From: Octopus vulgaris
Lineage: Eukaryota
NCBI GenBank assembly: GCA_951406725.2
Contig: OX597821.1
Location: 87,420,001-87,484,000, forward strand
Direction: 5' to 3'
DNA length: 64,000 nt
The translations under genes were made by a program, and so were the position numbers. The notes under the pieces were generated by a model, which saw only the letters and a list, made by a program, of their open reading frames with translations, was not told the origin of the DNA and did no database searches. Positions 1 through 14,559 of the stretch are shown here, one piece after another (the stretch's first letter is position 1; every line of letters starts with the position of its first letter).

Positions 1-177
1 GTATATGTATGTATCTATATCTGTATATGTGTGTATATATATATTCATATGTGTGTCTATATAGGTAATACAATATATAGAAATAAACGTGTGTGTGTGA
101 GAGAGAGAGAGAGAGGAGGAAAGAGCGAGCGCAGTATTATGTATATACATATATATGTATATATGTATATATATATG

Positions 178-225
<48 letters not shown>

Positions 226-430
226 TATATACATATATATATATACATATGCATATATATATATACACATATGTATATATATATGTATATATATATATAC
301 AAGTATATAAATATATATGTGTATACGTGTATATATATATATATAGTTGGAATTTATCAAAAAACAAAACACGAAGATATAGTATATATATACGAATGTG
401 ACTATATAAGTAATACAAATATATACAAAT
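1..430. repeat. (TA)n/(TG)n/(GA)n compound microsatellite
   Basis: Directly visible dinucleotide runs; they explain the YI-repeat ORFs. Confidence 0.95.
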
Positions 431-891
431 AAGCGTGTGCGTGAGAGAGAGAGAGATGGAGGGAGGGATGGAGGGAGGGAGTGAGGAGGGAGGAAAGGGG
501 GAGCGCAGGATTATGATTGCGCTTATTTTTCATTCGATGGCCTCGGCGTCGGACTGGGAAGGTCCATCAGAATGTGATAGAGTGCAAAATTCCGATGTAG
601 CTAAGGTTATTGAGATTTTTCAAGGGGACACTGCATGGCCGCGAAATTAATTTAAAAGCTCGTACCTGGAAGCTGTGTAGATTTGTATATCCTAACCTCG
701 TTTTGCCCAAGGCTAAAGCCACCAGTATATTAAAAGCAAATTGCAATTCATGAACGAATGATTGAGTTGAGATGAAATGCTGAAGGAATATGCTTCTCTC
801 ACCTTATTTCACTCACTCGTTCTTCTCTTTCACTTTTGTTGTTGCCATTATTTCTTACTCATCTCACTTGTTCGCGTTCAATATGCCTACA

Positions 892-924
<33 letters not shown>

Positions 925-1216
925 TTGTGTGTGTGTATGTATGTATATATGGCGAATATGTGAGTGTATGTATCAGTATACATATATGTGAAAATGGCTA
1001 GTATGTATATATATATATATTTATATATGCATGTACGTATTGTGCGTATATATAATGATAGAGAGAGAGAGGTGTATGGGAGAGGGATGGACACAGTGAG
1101 GGGAGCAAGTTTATGGAAGTGGAAATATAGGTACATATTTGTTTACAAAAGCACATAGATATAAAGAGTCCAAGCAAAAAAGGAAAGATATATACATACA
1201 TATATATCCCACACGC

Positions 1217-1264
<48 letters not shown>

Positions 1265-1591
1265 CTCGCCATTTACACATATATGTATACCGATACATAC
1301 TCTCACATATTCGTTATATGCAACAGAAGAAGTATTAGATTAAAATAGCCCCTGTGCATCGTGCTTAATGGTAATCTGTCGCTAAAAGCCAACTAACTAC
1401 AATATTCTTACGGAGATGCTATGGACGTGCTGTGTTGAAAAATTACGATATATATCGAGGCAGACGAAAATCATCTGAGCAGTAGCAGATGAGTATGCTG
1501 CATTCACATTTTTATCACGTTGGGCGTTGTCAGTAGCGTGTACTCACAGTCAGCCGCATGCTATGACGAAATCTGTCATTATCAATATGGA

Positions 1592-1976
1592 TGGAAGCAC
1601 TCCGTCGGTTACGACGACGAGGGTTCCGGTTGATCCGAATCAACGGAACAGCCTGCTCGTGAAATTAACGTGTAAGTGGCTGAGCACTCCACAGACACGT
1701 GTACCCTTAACGTAGTTCGCGGGGATATTCAGCGTGACACAGAGAGTGACAAGGCCGGCCCTTTGAAATACAGGTACAACAGAAACAGGAAGAAAGAGTG
1801 AGAGAAAGTTGTGGTGAAAGAGTACAGCAGGGATCACCACCATCCCCTGCCGGAGCCTCGTGGAGCTTTAGGTGTTTTTGCTCAATAAACACTCACAACG
1901 CCCGGTCTGGGAATCGAAACCGCGATCCTACGACCGTGAGTCCGCTGCCCTAACCACTGGACCATTGCGCCTCCAC
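1592..1976 (-). mobile_element. SINE family A, full length (tRNA-derived head)
   Basis: Minus strand has A-box TGGTCCAGTGGTTAG and B-box GGTTTCGATTCC; near-identical to 17955-18303, 49760-50140 and 59055-59438; 13-bp imperfect TSD ttatcaatatgga/ttatcgatataga (1579-1591, 1977-1989). Confidence 0.9.
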
Positions 1977-1989
1977 TTATCGATATAGA

Positions 1990-2115
1990 AAAACAGGGAA
2001 TGAACAATCACTCGTATTACAAATGGCCGCCCAATGGAAGCAGTATGAGGTAAAATAGCTGTGTATCGTACTTAATGTAAATAAATCGCAGAAAGCAAAT
2101 TGGCTGCGGTGCTCC
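1990..2115 (+). repeat. Unclassified interspersed repeat segment, inverted copy of 5140-5285
   Basis: gaatgaacaatcactcgtattacaaatgg...gtatcgtactt...aaataaatcgcagaaagcaaattgg matches the reverse complement of 5140-5285 with a ~20-nt indel. Confidence 0.75.
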
Positions 2116-3067
2116 TTCGGAGTTAACTTTTCTTACGGATGTACTGTGTTCAGTCTGTATCAGTTGTGACAGATTTTGCCTTAGCATGAGGCTGGTTGTG
2201 AGTATGACGCCACTGACAACGTCCAACGAGCACAAATGCGCGCCTAGCATTCTCACCAACTGTTGCAAGTACGATTTTCGTTTGCCTTTGAAATATATTG
2301 TGCAGGAATGGGTTGTGTCATGCGCAAACAGGTATTGTTACAATAACCAATCTGCCACATGTAAGCTTTCATCTCTCGTTAATCGACGATTTCAGTTTAT
2401 TAATGAAAATGACTTCTCTATACTCAAATTACATATGCCTTGATGATAACCGTTAAAACTTGAGTGTAATAAGTCTCTCTGTACTCGCCATTTACCCGTA
2501 CTCTCCCAAGTTTCTTTGTTGTAACTGTTGTATCTCGTCGCCCTATATCTTTCAATAGCAACCTGTGGACAGGGTTGTGGAGCATCAACTCTACCTATTA
2601 TCTTGGCAATGATTAACAAAACCTCATTACCTAACCCAAAATATGCTCTTGGAACAACTAGGCACTGTCTCTCTTAACCTACGCGTCCCATGTTTTTCAT
2701 CCTTGGACCTACGTCCAGTACTTTTAGCGTGGTCATGTTAAGAGTTATTAAAATTTGGACACTTGCTTTGGTGTGTCTCGAGGCACAAATAGCTATTTTT
2801 GCAAATGTGAACGTTTGTGTCACTTTCATTTTCTTTTTCTCTTCATTTTAAAAATTTAATATATAGGGTTTTGAAAGAAGTGGTGCGTATATATGTATGT
2901 ATATATAAACTTAGATAAACTTAGATATGTTTCGACCAAAGATTGGTCCAGGCCATGCCTAACTTAATAGCACCACCTGTTAGGATTATTTGAATCCTGT
3001 TTAAGTCAAGTTTTGTTTATGGTCCATTCAAGTAGTGAGTTTTTGTTGGGTGAGTTGAGCTGGGTGA

Positions 3068-3108
<41 letters not shown>

Positions 3109-3115
3109 TACATAT

Positions 3116-3212
<97 letters not shown>

Positions 3213-3213
3213 T
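3068..3213. repeat. (TA)n microsatellite
   Basis: Direct. Confidence 0.95.
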
Positions 3214-3506
3214 ACGCCCCACTTCTTTAAAAACCCTGTATATTAAATTTCTCAACAAACATAAGTTTGTTTAAATCTGACGTAATTTATATGACATCTA
3301 GCGTTTCTGGATGACTTTATAGCTTCTAACATTTCAGAAGAATTTGTCGGTCGGCAGTTTAGCTTAAAAGTAGAGCACTCTGACCCAATATCAGAGTTCT
3401 TTCCTCATAGTTGGTTAGTGACAAATTTTTCTGCTCTAGAAGGATTTTATCCTATACATCCTGTTCTATCAGTATTTACGCGTTGAAAAATATATCTTTC
3501 TACTTG

Positions 3507-3630
<124 letters not shown>

Positions 3631-3644
3631 CTCTTTTATCTATT

Positions 3645-4636
3645 TTTTTTTTTTACTCTTTTACTTGTTTCAGCCATCCGGCTGAGGCCATGCTGGGGCA
3701 CCGCCCTTGTTGCTACCCTCTCTAAGTCCAGTTTGCCGTGGCTGGCCACTGATCTAAGAGAGAGTTTGTAGCTGCTGCCCTTAGGTTACCTTCGTACCTT
3801 GCAGTGGGTTCATCTGGGATCCCGGAAAGCAGCTTGTCTAGATGTTTTTTGAAAATGTCCACATCCGCATCATGTAGATCTCTTAGTTTTCTTGGCAGTT
3901 TGTTGAAAAGCTGAGGGCCCCTGAACCCCAGGCTATTACAGTATCTGCTCCTTACCCTGGATGTGGAAGACGGGACTTTGGCACCACACAGTGACGTCCT
4001 GTACGGGGATTGGAACAGCTCTCAATTCCAAAATTTGGTGCTAGTCCCTCCAGGATTTTCCATATGTATATCACTGCATATCTCTCTCGTCTTCGTTCCA
4101 AGGAATACAAATTGAGTTCCCTAAGCCTCTCCCAATAGTTCTTTTCTTTCATGGTGGAAATCCTCTTGGTGAAATGTCTTTGGATTGTCTCAAGCTCTGT
4201 GGTTAGTTTGACACTATGCGGTGACCACAGTTGGGAGCAGTAGTCCAGGCGGCTTAGGACAAATGTCCTCCATAGTGTCAACATGGTCTCGCAGTCTCTT
4301 GTCCGGAATGTCCTCAGGATCCAGCCAGTGAGTCGTCTGCACATTGTCGCCACCTTCGCGATGTGTGAAGAAAAAGATGCATCGTCACTCATGTCTATCC
4401 CCAGGTCCCGTATTGATTTCGATACTGGGATTTCGATCCCTCCTGGACCAGTATAGTTGTGTTGTAATGTATATGTGTTTACAGCTTGATATTGTAAGGC
4501 TTGAAATTTACCAGCATTAAATTGCATGTTGTTGTCTTCAGCCCATTTGTATATGGCATCCAGATCTTGTTGTAAAAGGTCAGCATCAGCTGGGTGTTTG
4601 ATTGCCTGTGCTACCTTTGTGTCATCAGCATAGCTA
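3645..4636 (-). mobile_element. 5'-truncated CR1-like LINE: ORF2 RT C-terminal half, short 3'UTR and tail
   Basis: Translation [69 protein letters not shown] is typical of CR1-group ORF2; one frameshift near 3960, then GPQLFNKLP..FKKHLDKLL; ends in a stem-loop plus GTAAAAGA tail. Confidence 0.88.
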
Positions 4637-5290
<654 letters not shown>

Positions 5291-5612
5291 ATATATATTA
5301 CAGCTACCTTAATGGAAGCCTTCACCTGTTGTTACCTTAGTGAACATTATGCTTATATATAATTTTTAAAAACTGTCTGACGACAAAATGAGTCGTTCCA
5401 AAATGTAGTTCTTTTGATCCGGAAATGAATTAAAATTGGGAAAATAACTCCTCAATCTGCATGTAACGTGACCGCATGAACATAGTAACAAAATAAAATA
5501 CAATTGCAATTTGCAAAGAAATCCGATATTTCTTAGAAATTCATGAGTTTGTAAAAGACAGACTGTTGCTGGCAAATCAAATAATAACAATAATATGAAT
5601 TCTTCGATAAGC

Positions 5613-5735
5613 ACAAGGCCACAGATATTGCAGTGATGGAAAAGTCAAGGATATCGATCCCAGTAATCATTTTATCGATCCCTAGAAGGATGAAAGGCAA
5701 AGTAGATCTCTGCGAGATTTGAATTCAAAATGTGA
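5613..5735 (-). mobile_element. Old SINE-C fragment
   Basis: gaaggatgaaaggcaaagtagatctctgcgagatttgaattcaaaa resembles the C core. Confidence 0.65.
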
Positions 5736-6144
5736 AGGGTTGCAAAATAATTCATTTTGGCCGACAGACGAGCAATTCCTTTAATCCACGTAATTCCTAA
5801 ACCAGATCTCTTATGAAAATGATGATGATGATATCAACGACGATGGTGATAACAACGATGATGACAATAGGGTGTTGGTGGTGGTGGTGATGATGATGAT
5901 GATGATGGTACGGTGGAGAAGGAGGGACACGATACTGATGGCATTAACCATTAAAATTTTCGAGAACATAAATATCTCTCTCTCTCTTTCTCTCTCTCTG
6001 TCTCTTTCGTCGAGCAATAAATGACCATGTAGTGACAAGTGTCTGTGGACAGACAAACTAACAGAACAAATCAAATTTGGAAAATTAAACTAAATAATAA
6101 TGACAATGAAACTGTTGTTGTTTAATAACGACAATAACAACGAT

Positions 6145-6189
6145 ACTACTGTTACTACTACTACTACTACTACCACTACCACCACCACT

Positions 6190-6268
<79 letters not shown>

Positions 6269-6320
6269 ATACTACTAATACTAATAATAATAATAATCAT
6301 AATAATAATAATAATAAACC
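6145..6320. repeat. (ACT)n/(ACC)n/(AAT)n microsatellite
   Basis: Direct. Confidence 0.95.
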
Positions 6321-6524
6321 AATAACACGATATTGGATACTGCGCGACGTCTTAGATAATAATAATAATGATTTCATTGATTTACCACCAGGGTGAAGGA
6401 TGAGGGTGACAATACAAAGACAGACATAAAGTGTGGGGTTTACATATAATGAAATGATAAAATAATTAAATAAGTTACAAAATTATAATAAAAATAATAG
6501 AAAAATTTAAAATAAAAACAAAAA

Positions 6525-6939
<415 letters not shown>

Positions 6940-7599
6940 CACGTTATCCAATGGAATAACGATATTTTAATCGAGGTTTAGATTCTTTCGCTATAAAAAG
7001 CTTAAACAAAAGGCAACCCTCCCCCCACTCTTACTTCCACAGAAAAGTAAAGTACAATATGTCGGAATTAAAATTTTCGTTCTTTCTCAAAAGTGAAAAA
7101 ATAATAATAAAAAAAAAATACAAGTGGTCAGAAACAGAATATAAACAGAATAAGAAGAAATGGCTTCAATTTACCATTTTTGTTTTCTACTTTAAAAAGT
7201 GGTGAAAAAAAAAAAAAATCAAGCTTACAAATTTTTCCAAGTAACTTGGACACTTTGGTAGTCTATTTAAATTAACTGGAAATCATTCCAATAGTTTTCT
7301 GAGACAAGACTGTCACAGAATCGTTTGTGTAAGAAATAGCGTCTTATTTGCTCTCTTTGTTTTGTTTTCTTTTAATAGAAATGTGAAGAATAAAAGACAG
7401 ATTTCCTAAAATTGAGACAATAATTTAATGGAATGTTGAAATGCTTTTCTTTCTCTTTCTGTCACTCTCTTTGCGTACGCATGCGCACATACATACGACT
7501 AATGCTTCTCCAAAATTTGGCGCGAGCATTCTCAAAAAAGACTTAGAAGATCAACTGAAACAAGATGAAGGAATGTACATAATAGTAGCAATAGTAATA

Positions 7600-8056
7600 C
7601 GTTTCTTTATTAGCCACACAGGGCTGAACACTGGCGGGACACATTACAGAGTAGAGCTTTCTTTTTGCGGAGGAAAAAAAGTGGGGTAGGTTTTCGAACA
7701 AAAGGGGTCGTAAAAAAGGAAAGGAAAAGAAAAAAAACGATCAATAGGGATCGTGTACCACATAAATGTCATGATGTAAAGTGTAAAGGGGGAAACAGAT
7801 AAGATTTATCGGTGGAAAGAAAAGCCTACTGAAAAGACCATGGTAACCTCGGTCAATAATGTTACATGTTAACACATTTATTTGCAAGTAAGTAACTCTC
7901 TGTTTTAAAATTTTCCGGGTTCATAGGATCATGCTCAAGGTGGCTTCGACATTCATGCGTGCCATCCTTGCTACATTCAATCATCTTTTTTTGAAACATT
8001 CGCTAGGCAAAACTTGCCTCTACTTTCACTTTCCTTTTCAAGTGATACTTGAAGAA
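7600..8056 (-). mobile_element. 3' end of a LINE (probably L1/Tx1-like): ORF2 C-terminus, 3'UTR, AATAAAGAAA tail
   Basis: Minus strand reads, across frameshifts, FFKYHLKRK..VE.QVLPSECFKK..LNVARMARMNVEATLSMIL*, then a ~300-nt UTR ending agccctgtgtggctaataaagaaa; the same UTR recurs at 41625-41786 (+). Clade assignment is inferred. Confidence 0.65.
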
Positions 8057-8252
8057 GTAGCAGTAGTAATAGTAATAGCAGCAGTAGCATCAGCAGTAGC
8101 ATCATCAGCTGCAGAAAGTAGTAGTAGTAGCAGAAGAAGAAGAAGAAGAAGAAGGAGGAGGAGGAGGAGGAGGAGGAGGAAAGAATACAAAAGGATTTAG
8201 ATAAAGCGAAAACAGAATTAGTTGATATGCATGGTGAGGATGTAAGACGAAC

Positions 8253-8254
<2 letters not shown>

Positions 8255-8332
<78 letters not shown>

Positions 8333-8390
8333 GAGAGAAAGTAAGAGAGAAGGAGAGGGAGAAAGTAAGAGAGAAGGAGAGGAGAGAATG
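8255..8390. repeat. (GA)n microsatellite
   Basis: Direct. Confidence 0.95.
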
Positions 8391-8801
8391 ATAAAAGTAA
8401 CGGGGATTCAAAGAAATTGGCCGATATATGTCAGAATCGATTGTCATTAGCTTCTTCAGTCATGTTTTAGGGAAAGATACGATTCCATTTGTTATACCGC
8501 AATCTACAAACAAGATTTTAACCAACCAGGAAGCGGGAGAAAAACGTTATCTCATCATCTTCTCCTCGATCTCAGTGTTTCATATCAGTTTTCCCTGTTT
8601 GCAAAAAGAGTATTCAATATCATATTCTAGTGACACATCATCGTTACTCTGTTCTGATCCAATCTGAAGCTCAGCACTTTGAAGGATGTAATCGAACTGT
8701 ATCGTATATCTGTCTAAAATCCTGGCTTGAATGTGGAATTGGAAACGAAGCCGTGCTTCACTCAAAGCTCCACTACCAATAGATCTTATTTTACCCAAAC
8801 A

Positions 8802-9160
8802 GGCTCAGGCGTGGCTGTGCGGTAAGAAGTTTTCTTCTCAACCACATGGTCCCGGATTCAATCCCACTTTGTAGCATATGGGTAAGTGTCGTCTACTATA
8901 GTCCCGGACCGACCAAAGCCTTGTGAGTGGATTTGTGTGTGTGTGTATATATATATGTGTATGTGTGTGTGTATGTCTTTGTGTCTGTTTTTGTCCCTCA
9001 CCTTCACTTGACAACCGGTGTTGGTGTGTTTACAATCCCGTAATAGAATAAATACCTGACTTTAAAAATAAGCACTAGGGTCGACTCGTTCGACTATGAT
9101 TCTTCAAGCAGTCTCCTGACATTTACTTATTTCAGTTTAATGACTGAAATTAATAAATAA
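8802..9160 (+). mobile_element. SINE family B (diverged)
   Basis: Head ggcgtggctgtgcggtaag..ccggattcaatccc, CORE-like gggtaagtgtc, internal TG/TA tract, tail tgactgaaa. Confidence 0.85.
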
Positions 9161-9603
9161 AGTTACTAATACCAATATCACGCAACACAAACCTTCACCA
9201 ACCGCTACAATCAACCAGTATATTCCACGCTCAATCAATATTTTGCCGTCACTAATATCATGATATCCTCCTAATCAACGGGACCTTTTTAAAATACAAC
9301 CTTAAAAGTTATTACTGCTGACACACCGACAAAATATACCCGAAGGAGCCAGTATTTTGTTACTCGTGGTGCAAAGACAGGAGATCAGATAATGTAAGAC
9401 CTATATGAGACTAAAAAGATTGACTGATCACGGCGAGAATGCTTTAGGCCATAGGTGTACGCGATCTGAGTTGACCTGGGACTAAACAACAACATCTCTT
9501 CCGCATGTGTTGAAATATCAACTTTTACCTCTCATCCACCAGAGCCAATATTTGTACTGTTCTGCTTATACTTGACGACTGTTATTCCGTTATTCCGTTA
9601 TAC

Positions 9604-9825
9604 CTATTTCTTTATTACCCACAAGGGGCTAAACATAGAGGGGACAAACAAGGACAGACATAGGTATTAAGTCGATTACATCGACCCCAGTGCGTAACTG
9701 GTACTTAATTTATCGACCCCGAAAGGATGAAAGGCAAAGTCGACCTCGGCGGAACGTAAGGACGGACGAAATACCGCTAAGCATTTCGCCCGACGTGCTA
9801 ACGATTCTGCCAGCTCGCCGGCCCT
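9604..9825 (-). mobile_element. SINE family C (tail type 1)
   Basis: Matches the C consensus with a small internal deletion; flanked both sides by gttattccgttattccgttatac (TSD-like). Confidence 0.9.
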
Positions 9826-10153
9826 GCGTTATTCCGTTATTCCGTTATACCGCTATATGATCTCAGTGTCTCAGTTTAGTCACAGTTTTTGGAAAAGATT
9901 GATTCCATTCGTCAGCATCAAACTAATCCGAAGATCTACATTCGTGATTATTACGAACCATGAAGAACATATATTTCACTATCTTGCTCAAGATCTCAGC
10001 ATTTCATGTCTTTCATATCTGCTGTAATTTGTCCACTTCTGGAAAATTATGTTCAGCATCTAGTTCAGAGATACAATGTTATTATTACTCTGCTTTGATC
10101 CAATCGGATGCTTGATACCCTACTGCAACACAAGTATATCGAGGCAAATCCAC

Positions 10154-10665
<512 letters not shown>

Positions 10666-11059
10666 TACCTCTTCATTCTACACATATCCTCTGCATCTCT
10701 GCCTTAACAGTGCATCATCATTATGGTCGTTACTAGACAATTATACCCCAAACTCCGCTACTTGGGAGTCAATTCGGTGCAGTAGTGTTTATGACACGGC
10801 ACAGTACATAACAAATGGTGAATTATTACAAACTTATGATTGTTGAGCGGAGGGCTGAATACAGCATCTACTATGTTAAAATGACATGTCAGTCATACAG
10901 CGGTGAACCTGAGACTTCTAGAAAGTTGTGTCTGCACTGAATTGTAATATTACCTGTTTTATAGTTGAGTAATTTTGAATATAAAACATTTAATCAGCAT
11001 TGACACAAACAAGTCTTTTTTGACATGTATTGTTTTGTTGTTGTTGTTCTTGTTTATTG

Positions 11060-11217
11060 GGTAGTGGTAAGTAGCTTGTTTACCAACCACATGGTTCCGG
11101 GTTCAGTCCCACTGCGTGGCATCTTGGGCATGTGTCTTCTGCTATAGCCCCGGACCGACCAATGCCTTGTGAGTGGATTTGGTAGACGGAAACTGAAAGA
11201 ACCCCGTCGTATATATG

Positions 11218-11248
<31 letters not shown>

Positions 11249-11470
11249 GTGTTTGTGTGTCTGTGTTTGTCCCCCTAGCATTGGTTGACAACTATGCTGG
11301 TGTGTTTATGTCCCCGTTACTTAGCGGTTCGGCAAAAGAGACCGATATAATAAGTACTGGGCTTACAAAGAATAAGTCCTTGGGTCGAGTTGCTCGATTA
11401 AAGGCGGTGCTCCAGCATGGCCGCAGTCAAATGACTGAAACAATTAAAAGAGTAAAAGAGTAAAAGAGTA
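11060..11470 (+). mobile_element. SINE family B
   Basis: gtggtaagtagcttg..ggttccgggttcagtcccactgcg..tail (GTAAAAGA)n. Confidence 0.9.
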
Positions 11471-12165
11471 TAGATGATGGTAGGGGTTGTAGTACCCTGG
11501 TTATTACTTGTGGTTATTTTGCTGTAATGTTGTTAATGCTGTTGGTTGTGTTGTCATTGTTGGGGAAGTGGTAGTATTATTGCAGCGATGTCGCGGTTCT
11601 TGTTGCTGTTGTTTAACCCCAGGTAGGCACTGATTGAGCTGACCTTTGATGAAAAACGTTCCAACTTCGTATACCTCGTCTAATTTTCAGACATAGTTTA
11701 TCTAGCACTATGGACTACACTAGCTAGTGTGTCCTTTGTTTAATTTAAAGGAAATTTGGCTGCTATTGTGGTGGTGGTATTGCGGTTGTTGTTTGTGATG
11801 GTAGAAGTAATCCCCGTTATCCGAAGTACTGTTGTTGTTTAGCTTTGAATAGTGATCGGTTAAATCCATAATAAAAGGCATCAGGTATTGATGACTCCAT
11901 CTTATTTACCTAAAACTACATTACAGAATGTGTCCTTTCGTTTTCCTGTCGGTTGACTGAGATTTTGTTGCTGCTTCTAACAGGCCGGGCAACCACATTG
12001 CGTCTCGTAGTAGTTGCATTGTTAGTGATTATCGGCAGTGATTGTGCAATTTTTCTTAGTGTCAATGTCAGCATTGATCGAACAGACTTATGATGAAAGA
12101 TATTCCAGCTGTTACAAAAGATGTAACAGATTTAGAGGTTTTAATATTGGCTTAAAATTTTAGTA

Positions 12166-12731
12166 TTGGGTTGTCCGGAAAGTTCGTGCCGATTTTTAAA
12201 GGAAAGAAAAAGGCTAATAAATACTTGCCATTACATTTTTAATCAACCAAATATGAACTATTTTGTTGCACAATGCGTCTCCATCTTTCCTTTAACTTGA
12301 AGATACCCTCTTCCCAGAATTGAGGTGGTTTCATGGCAAAGAATTCATCAAGGTATCTTTTTACGTCATCTAAGGAATTGAAATTTTCACCATTAAGGCT
12401 ATTCTGCAGAGACCTGAATGAGTGGAAATACGAAGGAGCAATATCTGGTGAATATGGAAGGTAGGGTAACACATCCCAGCCGAGCTGCAGCAATTTTTGT
12501 CTGGTTCCCAAAGCACCAAGTGCCGAAAATGTACTTTCTTATCTTCCATATTAAAGGGTTACAAAATTAGCACAGGTTATAGGAACATAAACCTTCTTCC
12601 ACGAAAAGATAGCTTAAACTGTGCTCTAAATGGAGGTGTAGTCAAATCCTATTTTATGGATTCAACCATGTTCTAAAATAAGTCGAAATGTAAGCTACTA
12701 TAAATCGGCACGAACTTTCCGGACAACCCAA
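12166..12731 (-). mobile_element. Mariner internal-deletion derivative (566 bp) with intact TIRs
   Basis: ~30-bp TIRs TTGGGTTGTCCGGAAAGTTCGTGCCGATTT / AAATCGGCACGAACTTTCCGGACAACCCAA, TA on both sides (12164-65, 12732-33); transposase C-terminus inside. Confidence 0.93.
12239..12511 (-). pseudogene. Mariner transposase C-terminal fragment
   Basis: LGWDVLPYLPYSPDIAPSYFHSFRSLQNSL..FWEEGIFKLKERW matches the mariner YSPDLAPSD motif and C-terminal helices; N-terminus deleted. Confidence 0.9.
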
Positions 12732-12733
12732 TA

Positions 12734-13142
12734 TAAATCCAGCAAGTTCGCGGGGTAGGGATAAGTCAATTACATCGGCCTCATTGCTCAACTGGTTCTT
12801 AACGTATTGACCTGAAAGGATGAAAGGCAAAGTCGGCCTCGGCGGAATTTGAACTCAGAACGTAAAGACGGACGAAATGCCGTCAAGCATTTTGCTCGGT
12901 GTGCTAACGATTCTGCTGGCCAGCCATCTTCTGAGGTATTTAATATTCTTTTCTACTCTAGGCATAAGGCCCGAAATTTTTGGGGAGGTGGGGGTAGGCA
13001 GTCGATTAGATCGACCCATTACGCAAATGTTACTTAATTTATCAACCCCCCAAAAATGAACAGCAAAGTCGACCTCGGCGGAATTTGAACTTAGAACGGA
13101 AAGACAGACGAAGTACCGGTACGCATTTCGCCCGGCGTACTA
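12734..13142 (-). mobile_element. Two tandem SINE-C copies (tail type 2)
   Basis: Two ggatgaaaggcaaagtcg(g/a)cctcggcggaatttgaact cores at ~12820-12860 and ~13060-13095. Confidence 0.85.
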
Positions 13143-13990
13143 ATGAGGTATTTAATATTAAATTGTCTAAAGTATACTTCTTTTCCTAATGGAAGTATGA
13201 AGTGATTTGAGTTAGTGTTGGCTGTTATTTCGAGCAGGCCAAGCTGTGATGGTGATGACAGTGTGGTGTTGGTGGTGTGGGTTTGATAGTGACTGTGTCG
13301 TTACTGTTATTATTGAGTGCTCCCAATGTGGTCTGCTTCAAATGAAACTTGCAAAAGTAGTCTCAGAAATAACCTGTTGATCCAGCGTATTGAATATTAC
13401 CACTTCAGTTATCATAGGCACATCATGCATACACGAGCACGATGAAAGAGAGAGTGTCTAGGTGTGTACTCACACACACACAACACACACACACACACAA
13501 GTATATATAAGTACATACACATAGACACACGCGCACACACGCATCAGGCTCTTTCTGGTTACTTACACAAATACAGACTACGTTATACAAATACGAACAA
13601 ATATACACATTTACACACAGGGAACCCCTCTCCCGGATACATCCTTCTCACCACCCACTTTAGTCTTTATTTTGGTCTTTTAACAAAGAGGAAACGAATC
13701 TTGACATCACATCCTAAATATAGTGGCAGGAAAAAAAATGTCTTGAGAAATATTGATTTTTTTTTTTAATAAAGTTTAGTGGAAATACATTTTACATCAA
13801 CATACTACTACTACTACTACTACTACTAATAATAATAATAATAATAACGATTTCAAATTTTGGCACAAGGTCATTAATGCCAAAGGAGGGGATAAATAAT
13901 AACAACACATCCACCGCCAACACAACCACAAACACTGCTGCTGCTGCTGCTGCCCCCCTCCTCCTCCTCCTCCTCCTACTACTACTACTC

Positions 13991-14053
<63 letters not shown>

Positions 14054-14190
14054 AGGGCGGTGAGCTTGCAGAATTACTAGTGCGTCAATAAATGTGTTTT
14101 GTCGCAATCTGTCCGGCTCTCCACGTTCTGAGTTTAAGTTCCGCCGAGGTCAACTTAGACTTTCGGTCTTTTGATGTCTATAAAAAACAA
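14054..14190 (+). mobile_element. Old SINE-C 5' part
   Basis: ggcggtgagcttgcagaatt..cgttctgagtttaagttccgccgaggtcaac. Confidence 0.7.
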
Positions 14191-14559
14191 AGTGCTTTTG
14201 AGTAACAACACACCAGCAGCAGATCCAACAGCAGGAGCACCTGCACAATTAATGCCGTGATCATCATCACGGTGAATATATCACGGACACACGCACAAAC
14301 ACATCACTAGCCAGAACCTCCCCACCTTGCAACACGAATAAGAAGCGAAGCCATGAACTACTCGGCGATAGACACTAGCAAAAAAAAAAAAAATAAATAA
14401 AATGATGAACATACAAATTGATCGATATACAAATATCGCACACACGATAACTACACCGCATTAACAAATGTCTTTATACAGCTAACCGCATTAACAAATA
14501 GCATACAGATACACATAAAAATCATCCGAATATCACAAAGCATTACAAAAAAACAAACA

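Noticed and set aside
31-432. ORFs rich in YI/HT/CV/LSIY repeats here and throughout the window
   Set aside because: Translations of stop-free di- and tetranucleotide microsatellites
1640-1892. Recurrent 60-70 aa ORFs (MVVIPAVLFHH.., MFIE.KHLKLH..) in four places
   Set aside because: They lie inside SINE-A copies; recurrence reflects the repeat
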